Source: Albugo candida
Lineage: Eukaryota
DNA: 64,000 bases
Assembly (NCBI GenBank): GCA_040437565.1
Contig: JBDOQK010000015.1
Coordinates: 124,001 to 188,000 of the forward strand
Direction: 5' to 3'
Part shown: one piece after another, positions 52,970-64,000 of the stretch
Layout: each line of letters begins with the position of its first letter
Numbering within the stretch: the stretch's first letter is position 1
The notes under the pieces: model-generated
What the model was told of the DNA's origin: nothing
Databases searched by the model: none
What the model saw: the letters and a program-made list of their open reading frames with translations, nothing else
Made by a program: the position numbers and the translations under genes

Positions 52970-54358
52970 TTGAATTCATACATGTCCTATGTTGCAAACA
53001 ATTGAAATAAAATGTTCTACATAGAAGGGAGTGCTTCCAGTTGTTAAACCCTGGTGCTGTTACGACAGACACGACACAGGGGAAGCGAACTAGAACACGG
53101 TCTTTAGTTTCCAAAAGAAAAAGTGATATATTGATTTCTTCTTCTTCTTCAGCTAGCTACGAGACGCCTAGCTCCGATACAACAATGTTATGTAGTCGAC
53201 GCATTTCCATATGGCTTCGTCATCATTTCTCCAACATGTTCCACTTTCACCACCACTGGCATAGTTGAAAACAGAGGTGAAACAGTTATCTACAGGTTCG
53301 AACAGTATCGCGACGAAGTTTTCCAGGCTTTCGATTGGCTATTAATCAGGGTGGATGTACAAATAGCAAGGGGGAGGGTGTTCATTTAGCAGTGGCTAGA
53401 CTTCATTGCTAGTTCTGTGTAAGAATGGCCTACAATTTCTGCAATCGATATGGTATTTTTGAATGTGTGTGATCCAAATCATCTTGTGCTCTGTAATAGT
53501 CATTAGATGGTTCTTCCAAGAGCTTGGCTAGAATGATGAAGGAGTGCCGCGACTTAATAATAATTCACATAAAGCTGGCTGGAACAACTTAATTTGAATG
53601 ATAATTTAATGTCAGCGTACGGTAGCTCTTTAAGCCCTCCAAAAGTATAGCTCTTTCCAGGACCAAATGATGTGCGAAGTACGGGCGCTTTTATGTTTTG
53701 AACGAGAGCTAAACACAATTTTGAAATGAATGCGGAAAACATCATTTTCATTCAATATTTGATTTTTTCAGTGATTGCCATTTGCAAACAAAAAATATGG
53801 AGTTGAGCTCTGCATCCGTATAGCTATGCGCGACGCTCAATACACAAAACTGAATCTTGCACCCTCCATCACAATCAAACTTAGAGTATTTTGACAGAAA
53901 GCAATAAGATACAGTCGACATGTAATGGTTCCAGCGCTTACTCGTACAGAGGAGTGCAGAGGACACGTCGATAAAATGTGACGTAAGCTCCCAATAGTCT
54001 TACGCTATTTCTATTTTATCGAGACATTCGTAGGCGTGTTCAACTAATTCGTCAAGATCGTTGATGCTACTTCAGCAGCACAGAAGCGAATTTACCATTG
54101 AAGCCTCTAGATGGGCCAAGATACCGTGAGAATGCATCCTCTTATATCCAATGCAAAGGTTGACATGATCTACAGAATTTTTACGTAAAAGAATCATTTT
54201 CTCGCGCTTAAAATTGGAGCGAAGGTACAGACGCGTCGCCCATGTGTGACTTTCATGTTGTCAGATAAATTGAAGCGGGAAGAGCTCAAGCTTTGAATTT
54301 TGACGCTGAGCTATTCCGCAAAATGAGTGGTACACATATTACCACTTAGCGTGAAAAT

Positions 54359-55584
54359 ATGCCGTTCAAGAAAAAGCGTCCTGAGTTGCGAGCAAAATCA
54401 GAAGTGCAATTCGAAAATGGGGAACATTTTAATGCTGCTACCAACTATTATCATCTAAATCAAAGTGCGAAATACACGACAGCATCAAATGCGGCCATAC
54501 AAACGGAATTAACAGAGCATGCTCTCCTTCTAATGTCAATGTTCGATTTGTTGAGCGACGAATCAGAAAAAAGTAAGGTTCACACTGTACTCGATATTGG
54601 TGCTGGTTCTGGACTCAGTACGTACTCAGCAGCGAAGTGGTATCAAGCTCATGGTCTAGACGCTTTCATCATTGCATTTGACATAAGCCAGTCAATGCTC
54701 CTTAACACCTCCGCCGGCGAATTGTATATCAATGGTATCGGAGAAGAATATCTCAATACCAAAAAGGGAATAGTCGAACATTATCGCGGAAACGCGGCTC
54801 AATTCTTTCCGTTACGTAGTGCGATAAGCGATTATGTGATGGGAATTTCCATGCTGCAATGGTTGGACGCAGACGGAATTGAATCCTGCATTCATTCTTT
54901 ACGCCGTGTATTAACATCCACGGGATCCTGTGTGTTTCAATTTTACCCGTCCTCTATTGAACAAGTTGAGATGGCTGAACGGATTGCACTCCATGTGGGA
55001 TTTCAATACGCTGAAGTATTTGTATCCTTTCCTCACAAAACGCCCGCAAAAAAATGGTATCTGATCATAAGTAATGAAGGCCTCATCGATTGCCAGAACA
55101 TTCCACTCTCCTGTTTTTTTGGTCGACGTTTTCGGCGGCGTTGTGCGTGGCATATCGTACAAAACTCAAAGCGTTTATCGGCTGATGGAATTCGATATCG
55201 AGACCGTTTACGAACAGCGCATCTAAAGCAAGTTTGGCACATCTATAGAAAGCTTCGCAGAATGAGCATACAGTGTTGTGAACCTGAAGTGAACATTCTG
55301 GCGGTTGATGGAACAAGTGCTGCCAAGCAAACTGATATTCTTAACTTCAAAGAAGGAGAAGAAGCTATCGCGCGAGCGCTGGAGACATACTTCGACGGAT
55401 GCGGCTTGATTAAAAATGCGGTGACGTACAGTTTAATTGTAAAATATGCGGATGAAGTGATCAATCTTTGCCACGAGGTACGAAATCGATTTGGCCCAAG
55501 AGGAAGGTTTTAAATACGTCAATTGTACAGGTGTATACAAAAACCATTCTGGAATTAGGAGGCAAAAGTCCAAACTGTTTATAA
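54359..55584 (+). CDS. BUD23/WBSCR22-like class I methyltransferase (divergent C-terminus); probable intron 55477-55530
   Basis: RPE start motif, KYT...IQ, LDIGAGSGLS, DISQSML, ISMLQWL, VFQFYP and FPHKTPAKKWYL. Confidence 0.8.
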
Positions 55585-56344
55585 ACAAAAAAAGCAATTA
55601 AAGCGAGCGTGTCGAAACCCATTTATTTTAGAGCTCGATAATCATTGCTTACGGGTACGACAACGGAAGGTTGGCGTACAAATGCAACTCAGAACTTAGT
55701 CCTAGTTGGATGATTCTGGTCAGTGTAGCGCGCTGGACATCCTTGTGAAGAATTATTGGCCACATCATATTTATTACAAGCTAGCCATACTTTCGTATTT
55801 CGGTGGGGGATGCAGCCGCAGGAAATAAAAACACGATAGACAGCACAATGCATGGTGCTTCACAAACATCAGACGTCAAACATCTAGGTGTATTTATATT
55901 GTACTCAAATCGATCAACCATCTGACCGGATCCACGCGATGAGCACATTCACCAAAAGTCTTATTTTTCAGAAGCGTGACTGCATGTTGGCTTCTATCAA
56001 AATTGCGTGTAACATCTGTATATTATCTATCGTCCAGCTGTAGCATTGTCCAAGAAAGAGAGCTATGCTCCTCATTTATCTCGTAGTGACTGATTTGATT
56101 TATCGGGCACCTTTATGCAGCTACTAATCAATCGAACGACTATGACTACTTTGTTCCATGCAACGTGTATCGAGAGGAGCGATCACTAAGACTTGATGAC
56201 AGATATGTACACCGACGTCCATTGCTCGGCATAATTTCAGTCGGAATGTCTCGGTATGAGTGTTGGGCCGAATTTGTATGCTGCACTATGTGTAAAAAAA
56301 AGCTAACACTGTGATTGTATCTCGGTATCTAAACTAACCACAGA

Positions 56345-58230
56345 GTGCGAAGCATAGCGACACAAGCATTCACGCTAATCTTTTTAAATCGCTGGGACCA
56401 TGCTTTGATGCTCCATTCCGTTTTCTTATGGCGTGTATAATGCTTCGAACAGTATTTTAATGAGTGCTTGGTCAATTGATTTGCCCGCTTTCACTGGTTT
56501 CGTAACCAAAAAGACCACGGGCGGTGCTATAAATCCAATGTCACTTACCACGCTTTGCAAGCACAACTGTTATTACATTGAACGAGAATTGTGGAATTGT
56601 CGATCGCATCCCACATGATCCGAGTGTAAACAATATTTAGAAAGATCCTGTGAGACGTGCTTGAAGCTGAAAGATGTGTCAAGAAAGCTCGGACACAATA
56701 CTACCACGCCCATAATTTTCGAAATCACATGCTGAAATAAAACATCACAATATCTTTGTAAAAATGTCTCACTGCATCAAACTCTGAAGTCCATGTCCTA
56801 TCGTAGCATGTATGGTACTTCAATCAATAGATATCCTGAGAACACATCCAGAGGTTATCGGGGCGGGATTTTACGGAAGTGTGTCAAGAGTTGAGAGCAT
56901 CCTACACTGTCAAGCATACATTGGCAAAGTGTATTTAATTGATGCTGATACCCAAAGTGACACATAAATAACTGGGTGAGAGCTGATGTATATCCTACAG
57001 GAATTCGACTATTTGAACACTTCTATATTTCACGTGGTCCTGTGTGCGGCGTAATGCTTTGGAGTACTCGACCGGACAGTGAATGCAGATGATGGTACAG
57101 TGCGAACACCAGATTATAGTGTGATGAAGACGACACATGGCATTCAGCTACTTGGCATACATTGGATCAAATCGTGACGNNNNNNNNNNNNNNNNNNNNN
57201 NNNNNNNNNNNNNNNNNNNNNNNNNNNNNNNNNNNNNNNNNNNNNNNNNNNNNNNNNNNNNNNNNNNNNNNNNNNNNNNCATTGGCAAAGTGTATTTAAT
57301 TGATGCTGATACCCAAAGTGACACATAAATAACTGGGTGAGAGCTGATGTATATCCTACAGGAATTCGACTATTTGAACACTTCTATATTTCACGTGGTC
57401 CTGTGTGCGGCGTAATGCTTTGGAGTACTCGACCGGACAGTGAATGCAGATGATGGTACAGTGCGAACACCAGATTATAGTGTGATGAAGACGACACATG
57501 GCATTCAGCTACTTGGCATACATTGGATCAAATCGTGACGTCGCTATGTCTTTGATGAACGCTTCCGTTTGGATTTGATTATATTCGAGGACAAATGTGT
57601 CGATCATAGTTACGCGCCACCGCTAGACTGGTGCACTGAGGTACTGCTGTCATTGCTGATGCCAAATAGTGATGAATACATTCTCACATGATTGCAATTG
57701 ATGTAGCAGTAGATCTCGCACGTTTGGTCAATTTCCTATGTCAGATTGGGTGCGTTTAATGCAATATATCCTTGACTTGACAATCTATTACACCATGAGT
57801 TTATGTATCGTCGTACTCTATAGATGCTAAAAATTAACAAAATAGATCGAATTCAATTTGTATCGATAATCGTCATCTTTGCTCAATCCAAAAAAGTAAC
57901 AAAGATCGTGCAAAAGAGGTATAGCCTCCCCATGCGCCTTTACTTGGACTACGCTCCATATCCACACGGTATAGCAAGATGAAATGGGACGAACATCACT
58001 ATTTAAGAGTTCCCAATGCTAAGCGCTCTGCTTTCTACTCAATTCATCGAGGAAGTCGCATCTCGAAATTGTGACTGGAAAGCGATGCATTCTATGTGGG
58101 CTCCATGGAATAGCTCGAAGATGCACGCTTTTTTACAACTATACGGTACACTACACGCATGGTCCAAAAATCGAAATAGAGTCGCTGAAAGTCGCTCGTT
58201 CTATAATACGAATTCTCCGTCATCATAAAC
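56345..58230 (+). pseudogene. Probable decayed secreted CCG/CHxC-like gene
   Basis: Signal-like (GTG)RSIATQAFTLIFLNRWDHALML, then YNASNSIL, LCKHNC, SCETCLK, CK(fs)CLT and KCVKS*; stops and frameshifts throughout. Confidence 0.35.
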
Positions 58231-58231
58231 G

Positions 58232-60911
58232 CTATCGTGTGAATATAGGAAGAATCATGGTATCTGTGCAAGGTTCTCTTGCCAAAACTCTTAGTTGCTT
58301 CATTGACGCAGGAAGAGCACCGAAAATGACATCGAGTCTTCGACGGAAAGCTTCAATCACGTGACCAAAGTCCATGTAGCCCTACAGATCAAACCGCTAT
58401 CATGTGAGATTTGGTTAACCACTCTAATTAGTAATTGCGCTCATACCGCTCCCATTTCTACAAAAAGCGCATCCAGTACTGGAAACAGAACACAAAACAT
58501 CTCTTCAAAAGCATGGTTGGAAGAGTCTGCTTTGATTTCTTCCCAGTTTGAAAAGCTTGATAAAGGTCTCAGCGTCGACTCCTCTTTCACTTCATGACTC
58601 GAATCAATGGCCGCGGCTATCAGCTGGAAAAACGTTTTCAGAGCATTGAGAGAGCTTTCATGAGTATGACTTCCACCATCGCCGAATCCAAGCGTTTCCG
58701 TCAGAACGGAGACGACGTTGATGCAGGCAACTGCCAATGGGTAATTCTTCATATTTCCCAAGCTGACGCCAAACCGAGTTCTCTCAAAAACACGTCGAAA
58801 AACTTCATTGTGAGATTTCACAAAGTAAATAAAGCAGTGAAGGCCTAGTAAGCCGCTAGATCTCAAATCTGATGCTGGTCCACCCCGTTGAAATCCAATT
58901 TCTTGCCACCGTTCATCTGTATTTGAAAGATACGATTCACCAGGGTACAACTCAGACCACAGCGTTTTGATCATCATGTTGACCGTTGCGAAGTCTTTTG
59001 GCGGGCCATTTACTTCAGGTTTGACATTCGCCTTCAGTAGCCGACGAAGGCGAGCTACCGTGGAGTGGAACTCGTTCTTGATAAGCATGCGTATTTGCAA
59101 TTCACTTCGTATAACTCCCTTAGGGAGAGATATCGCCGCTCTTGCTGCATCATACCACTGGCGACATTCCGTTGAACTGCAACAAACAAAGCCAAAGCGC
59201 CCAAACACAATCAAACACTTTTCTTCTCGACAAGAAATCTGCAGCCCAATTAAGCGTAAGACATACCACGGAGGGCTGTTGGTATCCCAGTGTTCAGGAT
59301 AGAGAGCAATAGAGCCCTCATGAAGAAGAACCTGTAAGCGTCCTCGAATGCTTGTACGTGAAGTTACGCGTCTTGTATCGATATGTTTTCGTTCCAAGAC
59401 AGCTTTTCTCAAAAGTAGACGAGGGTAACGGCTTTTTAAATCGCTTGCACCAATTTCACGCCGTGTTATCTTGCATAGGAGCAAGAAGAGATCATCTCGA
59501 GCTTCAATCGTGTCGAGAAATATTGCCCAGGGACGACTGAATCCCTGAATGGACAACAACAAACCATACTCTTGATCTCTCCCCTTACTCGAATGAACAG
59601 TGACTGCTTTCAGCTCATTGAAGCTGATTGTACTAATTGCTTCTCCTCGACGCAGATCTGTAATCACTTTCTCGGCAAAATTGAGCTCCAGCACCCTTGT
59701 TCGCATATGGTTTGCTCGATTTAACTTTCGTATTCCGTAACGAAGAACAAAAGCTTTCACGCCAAGATCATTCCACAATTCCTCGAATCCCGTCGTCCCT
59801 AGACATCTGCTTTGAGATCTCTACTACAAATGAGTGATTTCGCCGTCAACATACCTTCAAAAATTGTCCTGGTTCCGACATTCATCGATGCTTGCAATGC
59901 ATATACCCATTCATTCATTTCATAGGCGGAAGGTGCTGACATCACGTACTCGTGAACTTCAGAATCGGCGTATGTGACTATTTTGAACTCGTGTTCTTTG
60001 GTTTGTTTACAGTTTTCGACTACGATACATCTAGATGTTGATGAGAGCTCTATGGTTTTCGTGACCGATTTTTCGACACTATCTCGTGCGTATGATAGTT
60101 TCGGGCCTTTTGGTCTATACATAAGAAAGTGATGTATGTAACAAACAAAAGGTAATGACAATTGGCTCATACGTGCGATGTAATGTGAACCAGCGTTTAT
60201 GCCATGTTGGTACGTACGGACCACGTTTCAGCAACCAGCCTTCCCGAATCTTGGTATGTATATCAGACGTACGGCCAAACGAAGCCATCCGATACCAAGC
60301 TAGAGACTTGGAACTGGATCCATCGATAAATGACTTTGCTAATTCATCGATAAAAGCACCTCTCCCAAGACAAGGATCGAAATAAACCATATCAGTTTTA
60401 GGGCAGCCTGAAGATAACGCTTCATGAAGTTGGTGATCAAATTCAATTTTGTGACCTTTATCCTCAGCCAATATACTTGAATCTTGCTCCGTCTCTGACT
60501 TCTTCTCCCAAGTAGGTGTAGGAGGAGACTCATAGCCTTCCGACAAATACGACACGGAATGAGTATCGGTTTCTTCGGCATGAGAGTCATACTTGCTTCC
60601 ATGATGATGATTATCATGAAATATGTTGTGACTGAATGATTTACTTCGATTCGGCCATTCTTCATACTTATCTTCCGGAATTGTCACAGGTTTAAGTGAT
60701 ATGTGTTCGTCAATTTCGCTGTTTCTATAAGATGAGTCGTCTTCCTGTAACGCTAAGCTAGCACGTGTACGGTTGTCAACTTCAAAATCAGTTTCTTGTT
60801 CTTCCGAGATAAAAGACTATCAAGCAGCGATCCATCAGCATGGCTAGCTCCTCAACATTGAGCAAGACGTACATCCAGCGCGAGTAACTCTGCCTCCGAT
60901 ATTTCGTCCAT
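58232..60911 (-). CDS. PH-domain plus ELMO-domain protein (putative Arf/Arl GAP), multi-exon
   Basis: PH (REGWLLKRG...WHKRWFTL...EMNEWVYAL), further PH-like segments, and ELMO (WQEIGFQRGGPASDLRSSGLLGL, YPLAVACINV, /YMDFGHV). Confidence 0.85.
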
Positions 60912-61003
60912 AACAGGATCGCCACCTAAAGATGTGATCCCTGCAGGATACGAGTCAATTGCGGATCCAAGTCACTTCAGTATAGTTGCCTAAAGAGGCA
61001 GAG

Positions 61004-62288
61004 ATGACCCTGCAGGTGAGATGAGGAAGGACGAACGGTAATTTCCCTAATATTATGTGCTCACACGACTGCCTTTACATGCAAACGCACGTGATGCAAA
61101 GGAATTCTACAGAACAATATGATGTTCAACATGAGATCAGAACCAGTCGAGGAAGTCGCAATATTCACATTCATCCACTCGTAACATTCAATGTTGCTGA
61201 CCACTACACGAGATTTTGTCGGCAACATTCACCGGCTGTGGCCGCCTCGAAGACAACGCATGTGATTGGAGCTTTGTTTGGCATTCAAAAAGGATTAGAG
61301 GTGTCTATTCTTGATTCGTTCGAACTCAAGTACGAAGTGAGCGACCGAAAAGAGGTTCAGATCGATAGAGATTTTCTCTCTGGAAGATTGAATCAATGTG
61401 AGTTCTTTTATGCAATTGGGCTGATTAGGAATGATTATAACGATCAATTAAAGTCTCACAGGTATTTCCCGACTATGAGCTTTTGGGGTGGTACTCTACT
61501 GGGCCGAACGAATTTGAGATGGATATCACGATTCACAAGACGGTTCGTATGGCGAAGCACACTTATTAGATCCTCACAACAAATTTAGATGATGGAGTTT
61601 AATGAAAGTCCGCTTTTTCTGGTCATGGATCCTTCTATGCAAAGTGGGAATGAGAAGAGAAAGCTCCCAGTATACCTATATGAGTCGGAATTGCATGTTA
61701 TGAATGGAGTACCTAAAATGCTTTTCGTACAAATTGCATTCAAGATTGAAACATCAGAGACTGAAGGCATTGCCATCGATCACATATCGAAGGTGACCCC
61801 CACAAGTGATAGCAATAGGTCTTCAGGTAGGTCTCCTTATTTGTGTCACTTGTTACTCAGTACAAGCTGTGTTAGTTCATCCTCATTTGGGCAATGTTCG
61901 TGATGCCATAATGATGTTAAGTCGACAGATTGGAATCCTCGTGCAATATCTGGACGATATACAGAGTAGTACGTGAAGAAATGTCGAGGAATCGCATTTG
62001 TCCTTCTTTATCCTAGATGACGTGACGATCGATCATGGCCTCCTCCATCAGATCTCAACAATATGTAATCAGCTTCCGGCAATGGGCTCTAATTCCTTTG
62101 AGCTTGCGTCGATAAAGGTACTTGGAGTACACATAATGATAGAATTCAAGTAATCATCTGCTTCTCAGGACCATGTTGACGCCAAGTGCGTTGCATATCT
62201 GGCTGCGTTGACGAAGGGTGCACAATCAACCAATACTGTGACCGAGCGCTTCTCGAGCATTAGCTCCCGGGATACAAAAGGATGTTAA
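61004..62288 (+). CDS. COPS6: COP9 signalosome subunit 6 (MPN-minus), multi-exon; start uncertain
   Basis: IHPLVTFNVADHYTR, VIGALFGIQKG, DSFEL, LLGWYSTG, FNESPLFL, LPVYLYES, IETSETEGIAIDHI and AYLAALTKG. Confidence 0.9.
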
Positions 62289-62352
62289 TGCAACATAACG
62301 AATAGGAATAACTTAACACAATAATTTGGCAGCCATTGATTAGATAAATTCG

Positions 62353-63717
62353 ATGCCTATTGACATAAACCGCCTGCGCGTTGAGCGAGGTGGTGATCCT
62401 GTGAAAGTAAAAGAAGACCAACGAAAACGATTTGTATCAGCTGATCTAGTTGATGATGTTGTCGCCCTTGATGAGCAGTGGCGGAAGAAGCAAGGTCAGG
62501 TTGAGACTATGCAAATGAATGTGAATACCATACAAACAAAAATTAAAGAATTAAGTAAAGCCAAAATGGATTTCAAGGACATCAGTGAAGAACGTAAGCA
62601 TCTCGCAGCACAAATTCCAGGCCTGAAAAAAGAAGCTGACGCGCTGAAAGAACAAGTAGACCGAAAATTGGCCACGATCGCAAATACTGTGGATCCAAGC
62701 GTCCCGATCTCTCAAAATGAGGACGACAACCAAATTATTAGAACATGGGGACAGCGAACCAGCAAAGAAGGGCTATTGTTTCATCATGAAGTCTTACATC
62801 GAATTGACGGCTATGAACCAGAACGGGGTGTTCAAGTTGCGGGACATCGAGCTTATTTTCTTACCGGTTATGGACTGCTACTGGAACAAGCATTGTTGCA
62901 ATACGCCACAGCGTTTCTGATGCAGCGTCAATACAAGATGATCAAACCTCCTTTCTTCATCAACAAAGACATCATGGCTGGAGTGGCTCAACTCGACGAT
63001 TTTGATGAACAATTATACAAAGTGGAAGGGGAAGATGAAAAGTATCTAATCGCAACATCAGAACAACCTCTTTGTGGATACCACAAAGGTGACTGGATCC
63101 AGGAAAGCTCCTTGCCTCTTCGCTATGGCGGGCTATCGACCTGCTTCCGCAAAGAATCTGGATCTCATGGAAAAGATACGTGGGGCATCTTCAGAGTGCA
63201 CCAGTTTGATAAAGTAGAACAATTTTGTATCACTGAACCCGAAAACTCGACGGAAATGCACGAAGAAATGCTCAAGCATGCTGAAGATTTCTACCAATCG
63301 CTCAACTTGTCATATCGAGTGGTGAACATTGTTTCAGGAGAACTCAACAATGCGGCTGTAAAAAAGTATGACCTTGAAGCCTGGTTCCCTGCTTACAAAG
63401 AGTATCGTGAACTAGTTTCATGTTCGAATTGTACGGATTATCAAGCGCGAGCAATGGAAATACGCTGTGGCATAAAAAAGGAAAATCAGCGTGAAAAGAA
63501 ATACGTACACATGCTTAACTCCACGCTATGTGCATCCACTCGTACCGTGTGCTGCATATTAGAAAACAATCAAGATGAGAATGGAGTCAAAGTCCCGCAC
63601 GTATTAATACCCTTCATGGGTGGGGTCACATACATGCCTTTTGTACGAGAGATCAAAAAGAATTTGCAAGCAATCAAGATGAAAAAAGCCGCTAAGAAAA
63701 AAGGCGAAATGAATTAG
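62353..63717 (+). CDS. SARS1: Cytosolic seryl-tRNA synthetase
   Basis: Intronless 454-aa ORF with YLIATSEQP, CFRKESGSHGKDTWGIFRVHQFDKVEQF, ELVSCSNCTDYQAR and HMLNSTLCA. Confidence 0.97.
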   Translation: MPIDINRLRVERGGDPVKVKEDQRKRFVSADLVDDVVALDEQWRKKQGQVETMQMNVNTIQTKIKELSKAKMDFKDISEERKHLAAQIPGLKKEADALKEQVDRKLATIANTVDPSVPISQNEDDNQIIRTWGQRTSKEGLLFHHEVLHRIDGYEPERGVQVAGHRAYFLTGYGLLLEQALLQYATAFLMQRQYKMIKPPFFINKDIMAGVAQLDDFDEQLYKVEGEDEKYLIATSEQPLCGYHKGDWIQESSLPLRYGGLSTCFRKESGSHGKDTWGIFRVHQFDKVEQFCITEPENSTEMHEEMLKHAEDFYQSLNLSYRVVNIVSGELNNAAVKKYDLEAWFPAYKEYRELVSCSNCTDYQARAMEIRCGIKKENQREKKYVHMLNSTLCASTRTVCCILENNQDENGVKVPHVLIPFMGGVTYMPFVREIKKNLQAIKMKKAAKKKGEMN

Positions 63718-64000
63718 GTCACATTTTTNNNNNNNNNNNNNNNNNNNNNNNNNNNNNNNNNNNNNNNNNNNNNNNNNNNNNNNNNNNNNNNNNNNNNNNN
63801 NNNNNNNNNNNNNNNNNNNNNNNNNNNNCAAGAAAGCTGCCATAAATCACTACTGTTTTGTTCACCATGCGCTACAAGATAAGCATCGTAGTAATGATCG
63901 TCCTAAGTACCTGTTTTGAGAGCACGCTTCTCAACATAGCTACTGATGTTGATGAGCAGAAAGGTGCTCCCACACATGAGTACCTATTTGGCAGAGATAT

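Noticed and set aside
55022..55031. GTATCCTTT U12-type donor
   Set aside because: Lies within conserved, uninterrupted BUD23-like coding sequence (VSFPH)
55700..55870. Minus-strand signal-peptide-like fragment CIVLSIVFLFPAAASP
   Set aside because: No in-frame start and an early stop; too little evidence to call
1..64000. Many 60-150 aa antisense or alternate-frame ORFs; tRNA, rRNA, CRISPR and riboswitch candidates
   Set aside because: The ORFs are shadows of real genes or span N gaps; I recognised no tRNA, rRNA, CRISPR or TPP-riboswitch signature

Overview
This is eukaryotic DNA from a very compact, intron-containing genome (mostly 50-80 nt GT-AG introns, intergenic gaps often under 125 bp). 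An oomycete-type INR/FPR promoter and the gene set point to an oomycete, and Albugo (white rust) is my best inference. There are about 24 protein-coding genes in dense blocks: cystathionine gamma-lyase, GPALPP1-like, TPR protein, ABC1/ADCK kinase, ankyrin protein, VTA1, SRRM1/PWI, UBN/HPC2-like, SRP receptor alpha, SLBP, TEN1, CGR1/CCDC86, RPL7A, a small RS protein, a DUF2817/M14 peptidase, a METTL21-type methyltransferase, BTB-ankyrin-FYVE, a PDZ protein, a cyclin, a Sel1-repeat protein, U2AF65, BUD23-like, PH-ELMO, CSN6 and seryl-tRNA synthetase. Gene-poor tracts between them hold a decayed MULE transposon, other mobile-element debris and apparent relics of secreted Cys-rich (CCG/CHxC-like) genes. 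There are 13 gaps of 100 N; 10 are flanked by duplicated sequence, which looks like unmerged contig overlaps. The best leads are a structured RNA in RPL7A intron 2, an RS-domain-only paralog of the U2AF65 5' exons, and the set of decayed effector-like genes. All exon models were built by eye and are approximate.
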